DNA from: Paramecium tetraurelia
Taxonomy: Eukaryota
DNA: 64,000 nucleotides
NCBI GenBank assembly: GCA_000165425.1
Contig: CT868208.1
Span: 372,001 to 436,000 of the forward strand
Reading direction: 5' to 3'
In this document: piece after piece, positions 15,052 to 27,016 of the stretch
How positions within the stretch are numbered: the first letter of the stretch is position 1
Layout of the letters: every line of letters begins with the position of its first letter
Program-made: the position numbers and the translations under genes
Notes under the pieces: generated by a model
What the model saw: only the letters and a program-made list of their open reading frames with translations
What the model was told of the DNA's origin: nothing
The model's database searches: none

Positions 15052-15207
15052 AAGTAGTATATTCGTATTTGTCTGTTGCCGTGTTAATTAGGGAAATAAT
15101 GAGGATGACTACTTAAATTATATTATTTTAAGTATTCAACAAAAGAGGGTGATTAATCATTAGATTTTACTGATATTAGTAGGATAGATTAGATATTAAT
15201 AACAATA
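15052..15207 (+). ncRNA. Candidate H/ACA-like two-hairpin RNA
   Basis: Hairpin closed by AAGTAGT/ACTACTT, then AAATTA (ANANNA), a second G-U-containing hairpin at 15154-15191, and ACA at 15202-15204. Confidence 0.22.
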
Positions 15208-15255
15208 GAGAAGTTTAATGTTTAAATAATTCTATAGAGCTATTACTCGTATAAC

Positions 15256-16450
15256 TCAACTCTTTTATTCAGAATCTAGGGCAGGGAAATCGTGAGCATT
15301 CAATGTGTTTGGCTTGATGTTTTATTTTGGAGTCTTTTATAATACTGCTTTAGGAATCAATTGATATTGTTATTGTTACTGTGTCTATTATTATTGTTAT
15401 TGATGAACATCACTTTTTTAGACATATTACTAAAATAATAATTAAAAACTAATAATACATTATTTCTATCTCTCTATCCTCCTCTTCTATCATGAGTTCT
15501 TCCTCCTCTATCGTTTCTATCTCCTCTGTCTGGCCTATCATTTCTATCTGACTTATCCTTATTCTGATACTTCTCTTCATGTCTATCATCATCTTTGTCA
15601 TTTCTATAATATCCATAATTTCCTCTTCCTCTATTACCTCTAGCTCTAGACTTTTAGTAATGATGATCTTTTTCTTATTCATCATGTTAATCATTTCGTT
15701 TATATTCTTGTGGATCATATTCTTATTATTCTATTTTCTTAGTCATCATTTGACATTTTTTTGAATTAATTTATTTATGAAATTCATCCAAATAATCAAC
15801 ATTTTACATAATTACCGAGTCAATTTGAAGTTCTACCTTCTTAGACATTAGAAAATCAAATATTTCGACTGCATAACCTTCAGTTTGAGATGTCAATATT
15901 AATTTAACAAAACTCTTGTCAGCTTAATATATTTCTTCTTCATAAACTAATTCTTCTTTAACGAATCCAGACTTTTACAATGTGTCTTTAATTATTGACA
16001 CTTAAATGGCTGGTATTTTAATTTAGATCCTCTTTCTCTCTGTTGGGAAATACGGACGTATGATTAACATTTGATGATCGAAATTCCACAATTATTTGTT
16101 GTATTTGTTCAGAATCTAAAATGTTGAATATATTCTGTACATCAGTTAAGATCAAATGATATTTTTTACGAGTGTTTAATTCGTTTTAGACATATTAGCT
16201 TTTTATCGAATTTTCTCTCTGCACCACAACATATTGTAGCAAATACCACTCTGGCTTCATTATATCAGTCTCGAATTTTCTGACTAAGTACTCATTATTT
16301 AGTAAGTTATCGTATTTGAACAATTCGATCATCTAATATATTATACATCAATTAAATTTACAGCTTTCTCCAATCTTTAATATTAGTCTTCTGGCTAAGA
16401 TGATATAACATATTTAATACCTTATCAGATAAAATTTCAGTAGCAATCAT
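15256..16450 (-). CDS. La-motif/RRM protein with RGG region, LARP4-like
   Basis: ELFKYDNLLNNEYLVRKF (La-motif-like), IIRPYFPTERKRIQIKIP (LaM-RRM junction), RGNRGRG/DRGG repeats, poly-Q and terminal LNAHDFPAL. Four micro-introns. Confidence 0.5.
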
Positions 16451-16561
16451 TAGTATACAACTATTGATGCAAATTATTTATCTAATTAATTTTCATCACA
16501 AAATAAGAAACTCAAATCAAATTAACATATAATAATTTACAGAAAATAACTAAATGGCTTC

Positions 16562-16646
16562 TACAATCCTTATCAATCTCAAGGCCACCAAGATTAAGTA
16601 AGAAATTGTAATTAATCTCAAGACAGACTCTCAAAAAAGTCATCCT
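16562..16646 (-). ncRNA. Candidate structured RNA (two tandem hairpins)
   Basis: An 11-bp stem (16620-16646) and a ~21-bp stem (16562-16610), both closed with G-U pairs only on the minus strand. Lies in a 250-nt spacer. Confidence 0.3.
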
Positions 16647-16700
16647 TTTAATTTTAATTGATATAATTAATAAATTTAGATAAATTAATATGTTCCTCTA

Positions 16701-19700
16701 TCAAAAGTTCTACTAACAAATTTTACATTAAAAGGTATCACCATATAGTCCTTATTATTAATAGGCTTAAAAAACCCAACATTAAACATAAATCTAATGG
16801 CCACAAGATAAGGTCCAAAGGATAACTTGTTAACAGGCAGTACATTACTCGGAACATTAATTATAGCAAGGAAAATTATGCATGCAAGTCCTTTATCTCT
16901 GACAAGGCATTGTACATTCAAAATTTGTAGAAAAGCATTTCATTTCCTTAAAATGTCCGCATACTAACAGCCAATTAACTATTTCTTAGCAAGGAGAACA
17001 CTCATAACCACACTTATTAAGGCAAGGATCTTAATGCCCACAATTTCTTCTTCTAGTACACTTTTTTTTGCATATGTAATTGTTAAAGCATTATGTTCTT
17101 ATTGAATGCCCACAATTTGAATGTTTTAAAACTAATTCTTGACATGGAGTACATTATTCAAAACATAACTATTTACATTTTTATTGATGTCCACATGCGT
17201 ACTGTCTTGTGCACTATTTTTTACATTAGAAATTATTTAAGAAAGCATCCTTATTTTTGCAAAAAATTTAGTATTAATGACCACATTCTAAAGTTACAGG
17301 AATCTATAATCCACATGGAGTGCAAACTTCAGTGCATAAATTTTTGCATTAAAAAATGTGCCCACATTCTCTTGGTTTTTAACAAGGGGCTCTACATTCA
17401 AACTCTGCTTTATTGTTAAATATTTAAAGAGCATCTCTCTGACCTATAGCCAATCTTTAAAATAAATCTTTTAAGTATTTTTATCCAATTTAAGATCTAA
17501 AAAATTAAGGAGAGAGGTTTAGATTTATCATTAAGAGATTTTACATTTAAAAACATGATTTTTTAATAATATGTCTCCCACAATCAAGTTTTATACAAAT
17601 TTCTTAATCACAACTTGAAAATGGTTATTGACACAAGCTATAACATTTATGCCCACAATATTTAACTGTTTCGCAGTAATCTTCACAAGGTTAACACTCT
17701 TGCCAGCATTTCTTCTTACAAATATGGCCACATTATAGCACTCTTTTACATTCATATTAACATTAAGGGTCAACACTTTCCTTTTCAGAGCATTTATAAT
17801 TATATATATGCGAACAATTTTATTAGGTTAATTGAAGATCCTATTAACATAGTATTTATAAAGGATCTTGACTACAACATATAAGAGCCTCATGGCTACA
17901 ATTAGGTAATTTTACAAGAATCTTTTTAGTGCAGCTACATGGTTAAATGCACTATTATTCACAGATATGGCCACATTCTAGTGATCTTCCACACTATTCT
18001 GGACATTTTTCTAATTAATGATTACTTAAATGGCATTCTTTTTTGCATCTGTGATAGCAACCTTCAAAATTATAATCACAAATCTTATCACAGCAACCTG
18101 CTTAATATTTTAACCAATCATTTGGTTAATAAACTTTTCTTAAAGTACCATGTTTCAAACATTTTAAAGTTATAAATTTACTTAAACAATTTTTAGCTTA
18201 TGCCATATCAATGATTTTTTACCATAAAGAATCGCTTTTTGCGGCTTTTTTAATAAAATCAAAGTTACCAAATATATAAAGACCTATTCTCGCTCTTGAT
18301 AAAGCAACATTAATTCTATTGTTATTCAAAATAAAGCCAAGCTTTTTTTAAGAATTATTCCTGACTAATGAAATTATTACAATATCATTTTCTTCGCCTT
18401 AATAATTGTCAACTGTCTAAACCTTCACTTTACTTAATTTATTTCTTATTAAATTCTTCTATATAAGCTAAGCTTGCCTTAAATAAAATGATAGAACAGT
18501 TATTTATTATTATTGGTATGCAACCTCCGTAAGATATTAGACCATTCCAGTTATCATTTCTGCCTCTGTAATATTTATTTTTGATTTCTTCCCTTCACCT
18601 TCTAACCAAGAATGATTAAAGAATACTAAGTCCTCATTTAAACCTACAATCTTTAAATTGTTTCTATTTAATTAAACATAACTATCATCCAAGTATTGTT
18701 CCCCATAAATAAGCCTTATAAAATCAGCAAACTTAGTTTTCATTCTCCGTTGAGTAGTTAATTTTACTGTTGGAATCTAATTATTATAAAATCTTTCGAA
18801 TAATGAGACGCTTATGTTTTATTTTTTTTTTAAATCATAACATTTTAATAAAGGACTCAATTATAAATGGTCTCCTATTAAAATTAGATGCTATAAATTC
18901 TTCATCAAAATGCATGCGGTGTGGGATTCCAACACTTCTGCAGCTTCTTCCATAACCAGCACCTTTATATTTAATTCCTATAATTTTTATATATGTCTTG
19001 CTGCAGAAGCAACAGTAACTCCAATAATCTTGTATTTGCTTAATTTTTTAATTTCTTCTTTGTCATAAAGATTTTTTAAATCTTATGACATCTCTTAAAA
19101 TTGCTAATATGTTTTTTCAAACAATATACAATCCTCGTTAGATTTAAGATACTCCAAATATTTAATTATTTTCTTTATATCATAATAGTTGAGTTCCCAA
19201 GGATTAATACTGTCATCTTATATGAGTTCTTAAATCTTTTCAATTCCTTAAAAATCATAAAATTAGTTAAATTTATTTTAGTTAACTTAAATTTCATTAT
19301 GTTTTTATTCAAATTGATAATCCAATTCATATTCATCTGAGGAGTCTAAAAATTCATCTATATCTTAATCTGATTCATTCTCGTAATAGTATTCCTTTTG
19401 ATTCCTTTCAAGAATATTATTTGTCTATTCTAAATTGGTGATCTTAGAATCTTTAAAATAATTTATCATTCCATATAGATCACTACGATATTTAAGCATT
19501 GAGACTTTTGGACATTTTCCATCAAGCCAGCTATCTAGGATTAAATTTTCTGCTTGCAAATCAATTTATTAACTATTTAAAACATTATCAGACTAAAATT
19601 CACTAATTAATTTTTGACTTAGTTCAGGCCAGTATCTATTAATATCTTTAGCACTTATAAAGTAATCATATGAACTTAATCTTTAAAAGATTGTTATTAA

Positions 19701-21385
19701 CTATTTCTTCAGATCTTTGAAATCATTCCAACTAAATTGAATATCTGATTTACATTAAAAATGGCAGTCTTTAATGGCATCAGATTTAGGAACCCCTCCA
19801 AGTTTAGCTACATTTCTGATTGAAACAAGTTTGACTAGACCTTCCAAAAAATATTCTAGAGCATGATTTGTTTAAGTAACAATCAAAATAGGACTATTAA
19901 TTTTGAAAAAATTTTCATATAAGATTTTGGTGGCTAATAAACCACAGTAAGTTTTTCCAGTCCCTGGAGGTCCTTAAATTAAAGATACTTCTTTAGTAAG
20001 AATCAACTTTATAGCATTTAATTATGATTCATCCAAGGTTGATTTCATATTATGCCACATTGACTATGATGGATCCACTTTTATTCCAGAATATACATAG
20101 TCTCCTGCTAAATCTATATCCAAACAGCAATTATTTTGAAGATATTTAGGAATAGACACTTATTTCTAATTTTTGAGAATTAAATTTTCAAAAGGCAATT
20201 TTTCAATTTTCTTTAATGCCTCCAAAAAATAAATCTAAGTTTCAATTTGAGTCTGATATTCAAATAAAATTGTTTTTTGATTTAATAAGGTCAAAAATTC
20301 CAAAATCTGAGATTTGGGATTCAAAAATCGAAATTCTAAATTAATTCTATCAAAATTTTAATATTCATCTTAATTTGTACTTCTTTAAGTGATGACACCA
20401 AAAAGTAAAGGATGACATTCAACATTAGTAATACAAATTAGAGATCCTCGACTTAACTTTTTTGATCTTCCCCAATCAATTGTTTTCAATCTTCTGCGAT
20501 CTAAATTAAATTTTTATATAGATATTTTCCATAACAAATAATAATTGTTTATTTCAAACGATTTTAAACGAATATTTTAATATAAACCTGTATTATCAGT
20601 ATATTCATCAAATCCTTTTTCAGATAAGTAACTTATTTATTACCTCATATCATAAATATAGTCTTCTCTTAAAATATTGAAGTGATAATTGAGGTATGTT
20701 TTTAGAGAGTTCTCTTTATTGCTTAATTCATAAAATTTCCCAAATATTTAGTTACTTTATCCTGAAAATTAAATAAATTCTAGGGGTTGTGGATAGGTAG
20801 GAGTATTTTAATAGGAAAACATTGTAGCACTTTTTTATAAAAATTAAAGAAAGTCATCGAATTTTTGAAAGAGCTGCGTTAGATCAAAATGAGGGTAGTG
20901 AATTTCAATAATCTTTTGCATTGTGAATATTATAGAAACATTTGATTAAATTAAGACCTCTTTATCAACATCTTTAAACAAATCAAATATTTGAATTACC
21001 AATTGTATTTTATCCTTTAAATTATCAATTGAGTCGGTTTAAGTGATAATTTGAAGGCATCTTCCTGATATTTCATTTTAAAAACTCTATGATCTTAGTA
21101 TATATGTTAAGTATAAATCGATATCATCAAATTATAGCTTGCATTAATTTAGTTGCTTTATCAAATAATAATAAGAATCAAATAATTGATGGATTGGGCT
21201 TAGATATTCCAATTTATCTTCTAATCTGGGTTCATTCTTTAGTCTATTATAAATTTTGTCTACATGATATTGATATCTAAAACAATTTGTAATCCAGTAA
21301 CAAAGCTATAAATAAATTGAATTCAAGCTACTTAATCCTCTTAATCGGACTATTCAGAATATGTTTAAGATTCACTATCGGACAT
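16701..21385 (-). CDS. ZNFX1: ZNFX1/Hrr1-like SF1 (UPF1-like) RNA helicase with C-terminal NF-X1-type zinc fingers (~1550 aa)
   Basis: QGPPGTGKT, TNHALEYFLEGL, VEEAAEVLE, LIGDHLQL, SLFERF, TVDNYQGEENDI, RINVALSRAR, followed by many C-G-H-x-C-x3-C repeats. Intron at 21306-21331; spliced length is divisible by 3. Confidence 0.88.
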
Positions 21386-21566
21386 TTTATATAATAGCAA
21401 TATAAATTATTAAATAGAAAATTAATTTCGTAGAAAATACTCCAGATTCTAGTATGATACATTCAATAAATTGAAAATAAATTGCGACATGTATATTTTA
21501 TAAGAAGAGGAATTCAGAACAATTTCTAATTAAATATACTCACAAATAATTAAATAAAATATAATT

Positions 21567-23044
21567 ATGATTATTAGGAAGGTGTTATAAAAGGGCTTTA
21601 GTACTCTTTATAATCTGAAATAATTTAGACATTAAGAAATCCCACAAAATGTAAGTGTAGATAGAGAATTTGGAGACACAATTCTACCAAATGGAATTCG
21701 AGTCTGCACAGAATTTTGGCCATCTGAATTAGCACAGTAATTATAATCATTAAGATTAAAGTATTACAATATACATCAAATGCGGAAGCAGAAATGAAAC
21801 AGAGGCAACAAGCGGTACAGCACATTTTTTAGAGCATTTGCATTTCAAGGTATGTTATGGATTCATAATATTTTAGGGAACAGGTAGAAGAAGTAGAGAT
21901 CGATTGGAATGCGATGTTGAAAATTTTGGTGGTCAATTAAATGCTTATACTTCAAGAGAAAATACATCTTATACGATAAATGCATAAAAAAATAAGGCTG
22001 AGAATGCTGTTGAAATCTTGGGAGACATGCTCACAAATTCAATTTATGCAAAATCTGATGTAGAAAGAGAGAGACACACAATTTATAGGGAATTATTTGA
22101 AACTAGGAAAATGTAATTTGAAACTTTGATTGAAATATCCCATCGTTCAGTAATGAAATATTATATATAAGGCATACAAAAATCATTAAATGTCATTACC
22201 AATCTTAGGAAAAATTTAAAATATGTATTCAATTACAAGGGACATGATTGCTGAATATCACTAAAATAATTATTACGGAGAAAATCTTATTATTTGTGGA
22301 GTTGGTAATATATAATAAGAACAGTTATGTGAGTATGTGACTAAGCATTTTAGTAAGATTCATAAGAAAAAGTAATAGCTCAAAAAGGAAATACCAGTCA
22401 ACTTCTAAAGCGAAGTGTTTCTAATGTAGAGTGAATTGACAGAAGATATTAATGTAGGTTTGTTTTATTAAGGACCAGAGTGGACTGATCCTCATTATTA
22501 TCACTTTTTAATTTTGTAAAGACTTTTAGGGGATAAGCCATCGAACTTTTTAGAGGCAGCCATATTTGAGTAATCAACTTTAAACTCATTTTAAAAGCTC
22601 TTATTAGATTATCCAGAAATTACAACTCAAAAGGCAGTATATACTCCATATAAAGATACGGCTTTGTTTGGAAATTACTTTGTAGTGAATCCCAATTAAT
22701 TGGACTCTTGTATTGAGATTTCAAAGAAAATATTTGAGGAATATGGAAATAAAGTATCAGCTGAGGAATTGTAAAGATCAAAGCGAAGACTGTTCATTGA
22801 GTTGTGTTAACACGAAACAGGAAATGATATATCATAAGCTATAGCAAATTAAATACTTTATTTTGATAGAAGAGTTTACAGATAAGAAATTGCATAAAAT
22901 TTAGCAAATGTGACAGAAGTGGATATTCAAAATTGTGTTAAGAATTGGATTTTAGGTAAGTAGCCATCATTAACAATATGGGGTAACATTGATCCAGTTT
23001 TGAAAAAATATAAATTCGATGCAAGTTAAGTTGGAACACACTGA
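21567..23044 (+). CDS. Mitochondrial processing peptidase beta / complex III core-type M16 peptidase
   Basis: Presequence-like N-terminus, LPNGIRVCTE, GTAHFLEHLHFKG (HxxEH), GGQLNAYTSRENTSY. Three micro-introns. Confidence 0.88.
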
Positions 23045-23107
23045 TATCTGTAAAAATAATTTTAAATATACATATTTTGATATTTTTTATATAATACTAT
23101 TATTGAA

Positions 23108-24485
23108 TCATCTTTTCCTTGAAACTTCTTTCCCTTTCAACTGTTAATGTAACAGGTTTTAATTAAACAGCCCTAGCAATCACTTTCTATTCACTTTGTT
23201 CTATGATTGTAGGTTTAATTTCAGCTGGTTTTATCTATTTTACTTGAACCTAAGGAACAGTAATTTATCTTGAGATGTAATAATAAAACATTACATAGCA
23301 CAAATTGTTGGTTACAGAATTGTAGGCTTGATTTTGGGTTATTCGATTTCCTTCACGACAAGAGGAAGTACCTTAGGTGGACTTAAAGGCATTCCTATCT
23401 TTTACTCTAATTGTGATCTTGGGTTGTATGATTCTTCTTCTAAAAATGCCTTGATCTTCTCTTTAGCAGATTTCTTTTTAGCCTTGATTGTAATGTGAAG
23501 GTCATTGTATTTTTTGTTTTAGAAATAACTTATTATTAATATGATCGCCATTAATACCTAATTATTTTCCTCTTGATGTTTCCAGCAATCTCATAATCAG
23601 AGGTCTTGAAAATCCCGTACTTTAATCCTTAATCTACACATTTTATATTAATTAATACATATAAACAACTCTTCAATTCTGATGTTTTATAAGGCCTCCA
23701 ACTTGTCACTATTAAAATTCTCCGGCAAGAATCTCATAACCACAGTGATCTCATTTTTATTGGCCTGTTTATCTATTTATTTGAGTTAAGCAAACTAATT
23801 AATAATGAGATAAACTAATACCTCTATATTATCTCCTAATGCTTTTCTGTATTTGTGAGATGAAGTCACTAGATTGTAATACACATACTAAGCTCCTTTG
23901 TCATCCTTCATTCGTATTATGATTGATAGCTTGCCTGCATAGCTGCCAAGCTAAACTCGTTTAAACTATATGAAGTGCTTATCCTTAAACCGCAATTCAT
24001 AAAATTGTATACTATTCATCAAAAAAGTCATTTAAGTCTAGATTGTCCACGGCTTCCTCATCGACATCCAAAATTATTATTGTTTTTTATGATTCCCACT
24101 CTTGATCTACTCTATTGCTATTTATTGTTTTCAATCTTACTTTTTCTAAAATGGTTTTGGCTCCAGCTTAATGATTTAATTGCATTCGGAATCAATTACC
24201 ATCGAGAGAACATCCTCAACTCTTAATCGTTTTTAACGAATCTATTCACACATGACACTGGATTCCCCCGAACTCTCATCATAAGACGAATCAGGTCTTG
24301 AATAACGCTGTTTCTCAATGTTGTTTAGACTTTTTAATTGTGATCCCACACTCACTAATTTATTTCTACACATTTAAATAATATCGATACGCATTTTCTT
24401 ATTGAATCGTGAATTCTGTCTGAAGTCCCTAGTTTAGAAATTGATTCCTGCGAAAATCGACCAATTATTTTGTAAGTTGATACAT
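23108..24485 (-). CDS. Hypothetical multi-exon protein
   Basis: MYQLTKQLVDFRR... with several micro-introns; the last is a 28-nt GTT..CAG intron giving the end IARALKGKEVSRKR*. No recognisable domain. Confidence 0.55.
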
Positions 24486-24499
24486 TATTATTATTTATA

Positions 24500-25881
24500 T
24501 CAAAACTATTTTTAATAAACACCCTTTTAATAATTCTAATACTTCAAATATCTTAACTTATACAACCTATAACTTCCATAAATGCAGTACACTAGAAAAT
24601 AAGCTTAAGTTACCTAAAGCCAGAACTCCAACCAAAAATAAACCAGCTCCAATCCATAACCAATGTTCATTCTTAGTAGTTAGAATTGGTTATTGGATCT
24701 GGATCTCTATCACCTTTGATACCTCATCATTCTCTAACTTATAGAAATAAGATCATTACACGTTATCTCTAATTCGTATACTCCTGACTTATGATAAACT
24801 TAAGGATAACATATTAACTCAGGGTTAAATGTTGAGTAAGAAACCTAATACAAATACTGACGAGTCAACACATAATTTTTGTTCTTCCCAATACTCATGT
24901 CGAGTATTTACCTCGGATTTGCCATTAAATTATATCTACAATCAATATCCTTAAAATTACAGCTTTATCTCATCATCTTCCTACTCAAATACGCCAAAGT
25001 TGCTGATGGCAATGACCACATCTTGCTTATTGAGATAATACAATTTTTGTGTGTTCTTAATCTCATATACAGTTTCTGAACCATCATATTTTATTAATTG
25101 GGTAAGAGTTGCTATGTAAATATCTTCATTCTCTGTCATCAAAATTGATGTTAGATTTTAGTATAATCTTTTAAGAATGACCTTCCTTTTATAAACAAAT
25201 TAATCGAGGATAAATTTATAAATATAAATAGCACTTGTTTAATTTTGTGTTGCTACGAACACTAAAGTTTTGTTATTTATTATTCTAAATACTTCAATTG
25301 AATTGATGTTTAGAGAGTCTATTACTTCTTAAAAATTAAAAAACAACTATTTTCCTTGTAGGACAATATATCTCTCCTAGATTATTTATATATCCTTTAT
25401 ATCCTGAAGTTCATATTCAGTTACATTCTCTAAGAATTAATCAATCATTACTTAAATTCTGTATTACATATAAATGCTGACTATCGAAGCAGTATACAGC
25501 AACACTTTAAGAGTTGGATAGCATTCTACAATCTTTGAATTCAAATTTAGGCAAAGTTAACAAAATATTCTACTCTTCATTTAATATCTATCCTTTGGAA
25601 TTCAATATTATAAGAGATTGATCTTCTGCCTTTGTGAAGGCAATTGCATCAGTTTAAAATTCTGTTTTGCTTAATATATTTTCTACTATTTATTGTTATT
25701 GCACATAACAAAATTGTGTGGCATCTCCTTTTAATGTAAGTTTGGTTCCTACCAATTTATGCATTCATTACCTAGTGAATATTTTTCAGAATAATATTCA
25801 AGAGTTTCTAATTCGATAGAAAAAGTATAACCAATCAAAAAAAATGGAATTGCAATTAAAAATTACATAAAATTAATTCAT
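24500..25881 (-). CDS. Type I single-pass membrane protein (signal peptide, ectodomain, C-terminal TM)
   Basis: Signal-like MNQFYVILIAIPFFLIGYTFS; TM HWLWIGAGLFLVGVLALVYCIYG followed by a basic/Tyr tail; micro-introns. Confidence 0.7.
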
Positions 25882-26993
25882 GTTGTTGAGAATTGGAAAA
25901 TAATATCATTTTAGTCAAATAACAAGAATGAAATAAAGAAAAAGAAGCCATATTAAGTACTTTCCCACCCCAATCATAGAGGTAAAAATTACGAATTTAT
26001 TTAGGGTCAATATGGTGTAGTTCCAGCCAGAGCAGTACCTTCACATATTCAAAGGCCAAGCTATCTAAGTATGAGAACAATTAAATCTAATAGGTGAAAC
26101 TAAGCCTATTTATGGGATATATGAAGGAGCACCTGTGGTTCATAATTACGATATGATCCAAAGTAAACTACATGATTTAAAAATAGAATTGAGGAAGGCA
26201 GCGTAAATAGCAGCGTAAACTGCCTATGTGGCATAAAAGTCGGTGAAATAGGGAATGACAACGGATGATTTGGATAAGATAGTTCACGAATTCATAATTT
26301 CCTAAAATGCATATCCTTCGCCAATAGGATTCATGGGTTTTCCTAAGAGTGTTTGCACATCAGTAAATGAAGTGTGTTGTCATGGAATACCGAATCTTAG
26401 ACCTTTGGACGGTGGGGATTCCTTAAATATCGATGTGACTATTTTCTACGATGGAGTGCATGGAGATACTAGTGTTATGGCATAGGTTCCTGATATGAAT
26501 CCAGAAATTACTAAATTAATAGATACAACTTAAAAAGTTATAAATTATTTGCACAAATAGAATAGGCCCTTTATGAAGCGATTAAAATTTGTAAGCCAGG
26601 ATAGAAGTTCAGTAAAATTGGAGATATCGTTGAAGAAGTAGCTGCAGATGAAGGATTCACAGTTTGTGAATTATTTACAGGACATGGCATTGGTGAATTG
26701 ATGCATATGCCTCCTACAATAATTCATAATTGTAATTTAATATTGAATATACATATGTAGTCAATGATTATCCAGGAGTGATGGTTCCAGGAAATGTATT
26801 TACGATAGAACCTATTCTCTTGATGCGCCATGGTTAATATTCAATGTGGAAGGATAATTTTACTGTTGTTTCTCCAGATAATCCTAGTGGTATTGTAAAC
26901 TTATCTACTGTAGCTCAATGGGAACATATGGTTTTAATAACGGAAAATGGGTATGAGGTTTTGACAAAGAGAGAGGATGAGACTGGTATATGA
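25880..26993 (+). CDS. Methionine aminopeptidase type 1, mitochondrial (MetAP1D-like)
   Basis: [48 protein letters not shown]-terminus MLLRIGKQYHFS is presequence-like; several micro-introns. Confidence 0.92.
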
Positions 26994-27016
26994 CTTATAT
27001 TTTAATAATTATTTTA

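Noticed and set aside
22800..23110. Apparent 3' overlap of the minus-strand hypothetical gene with the MPP-beta gene
   Set aside because: A 28-nt GTT..CAG intron shifts the frame to a TGA at 23110-23108, removing the overlap.
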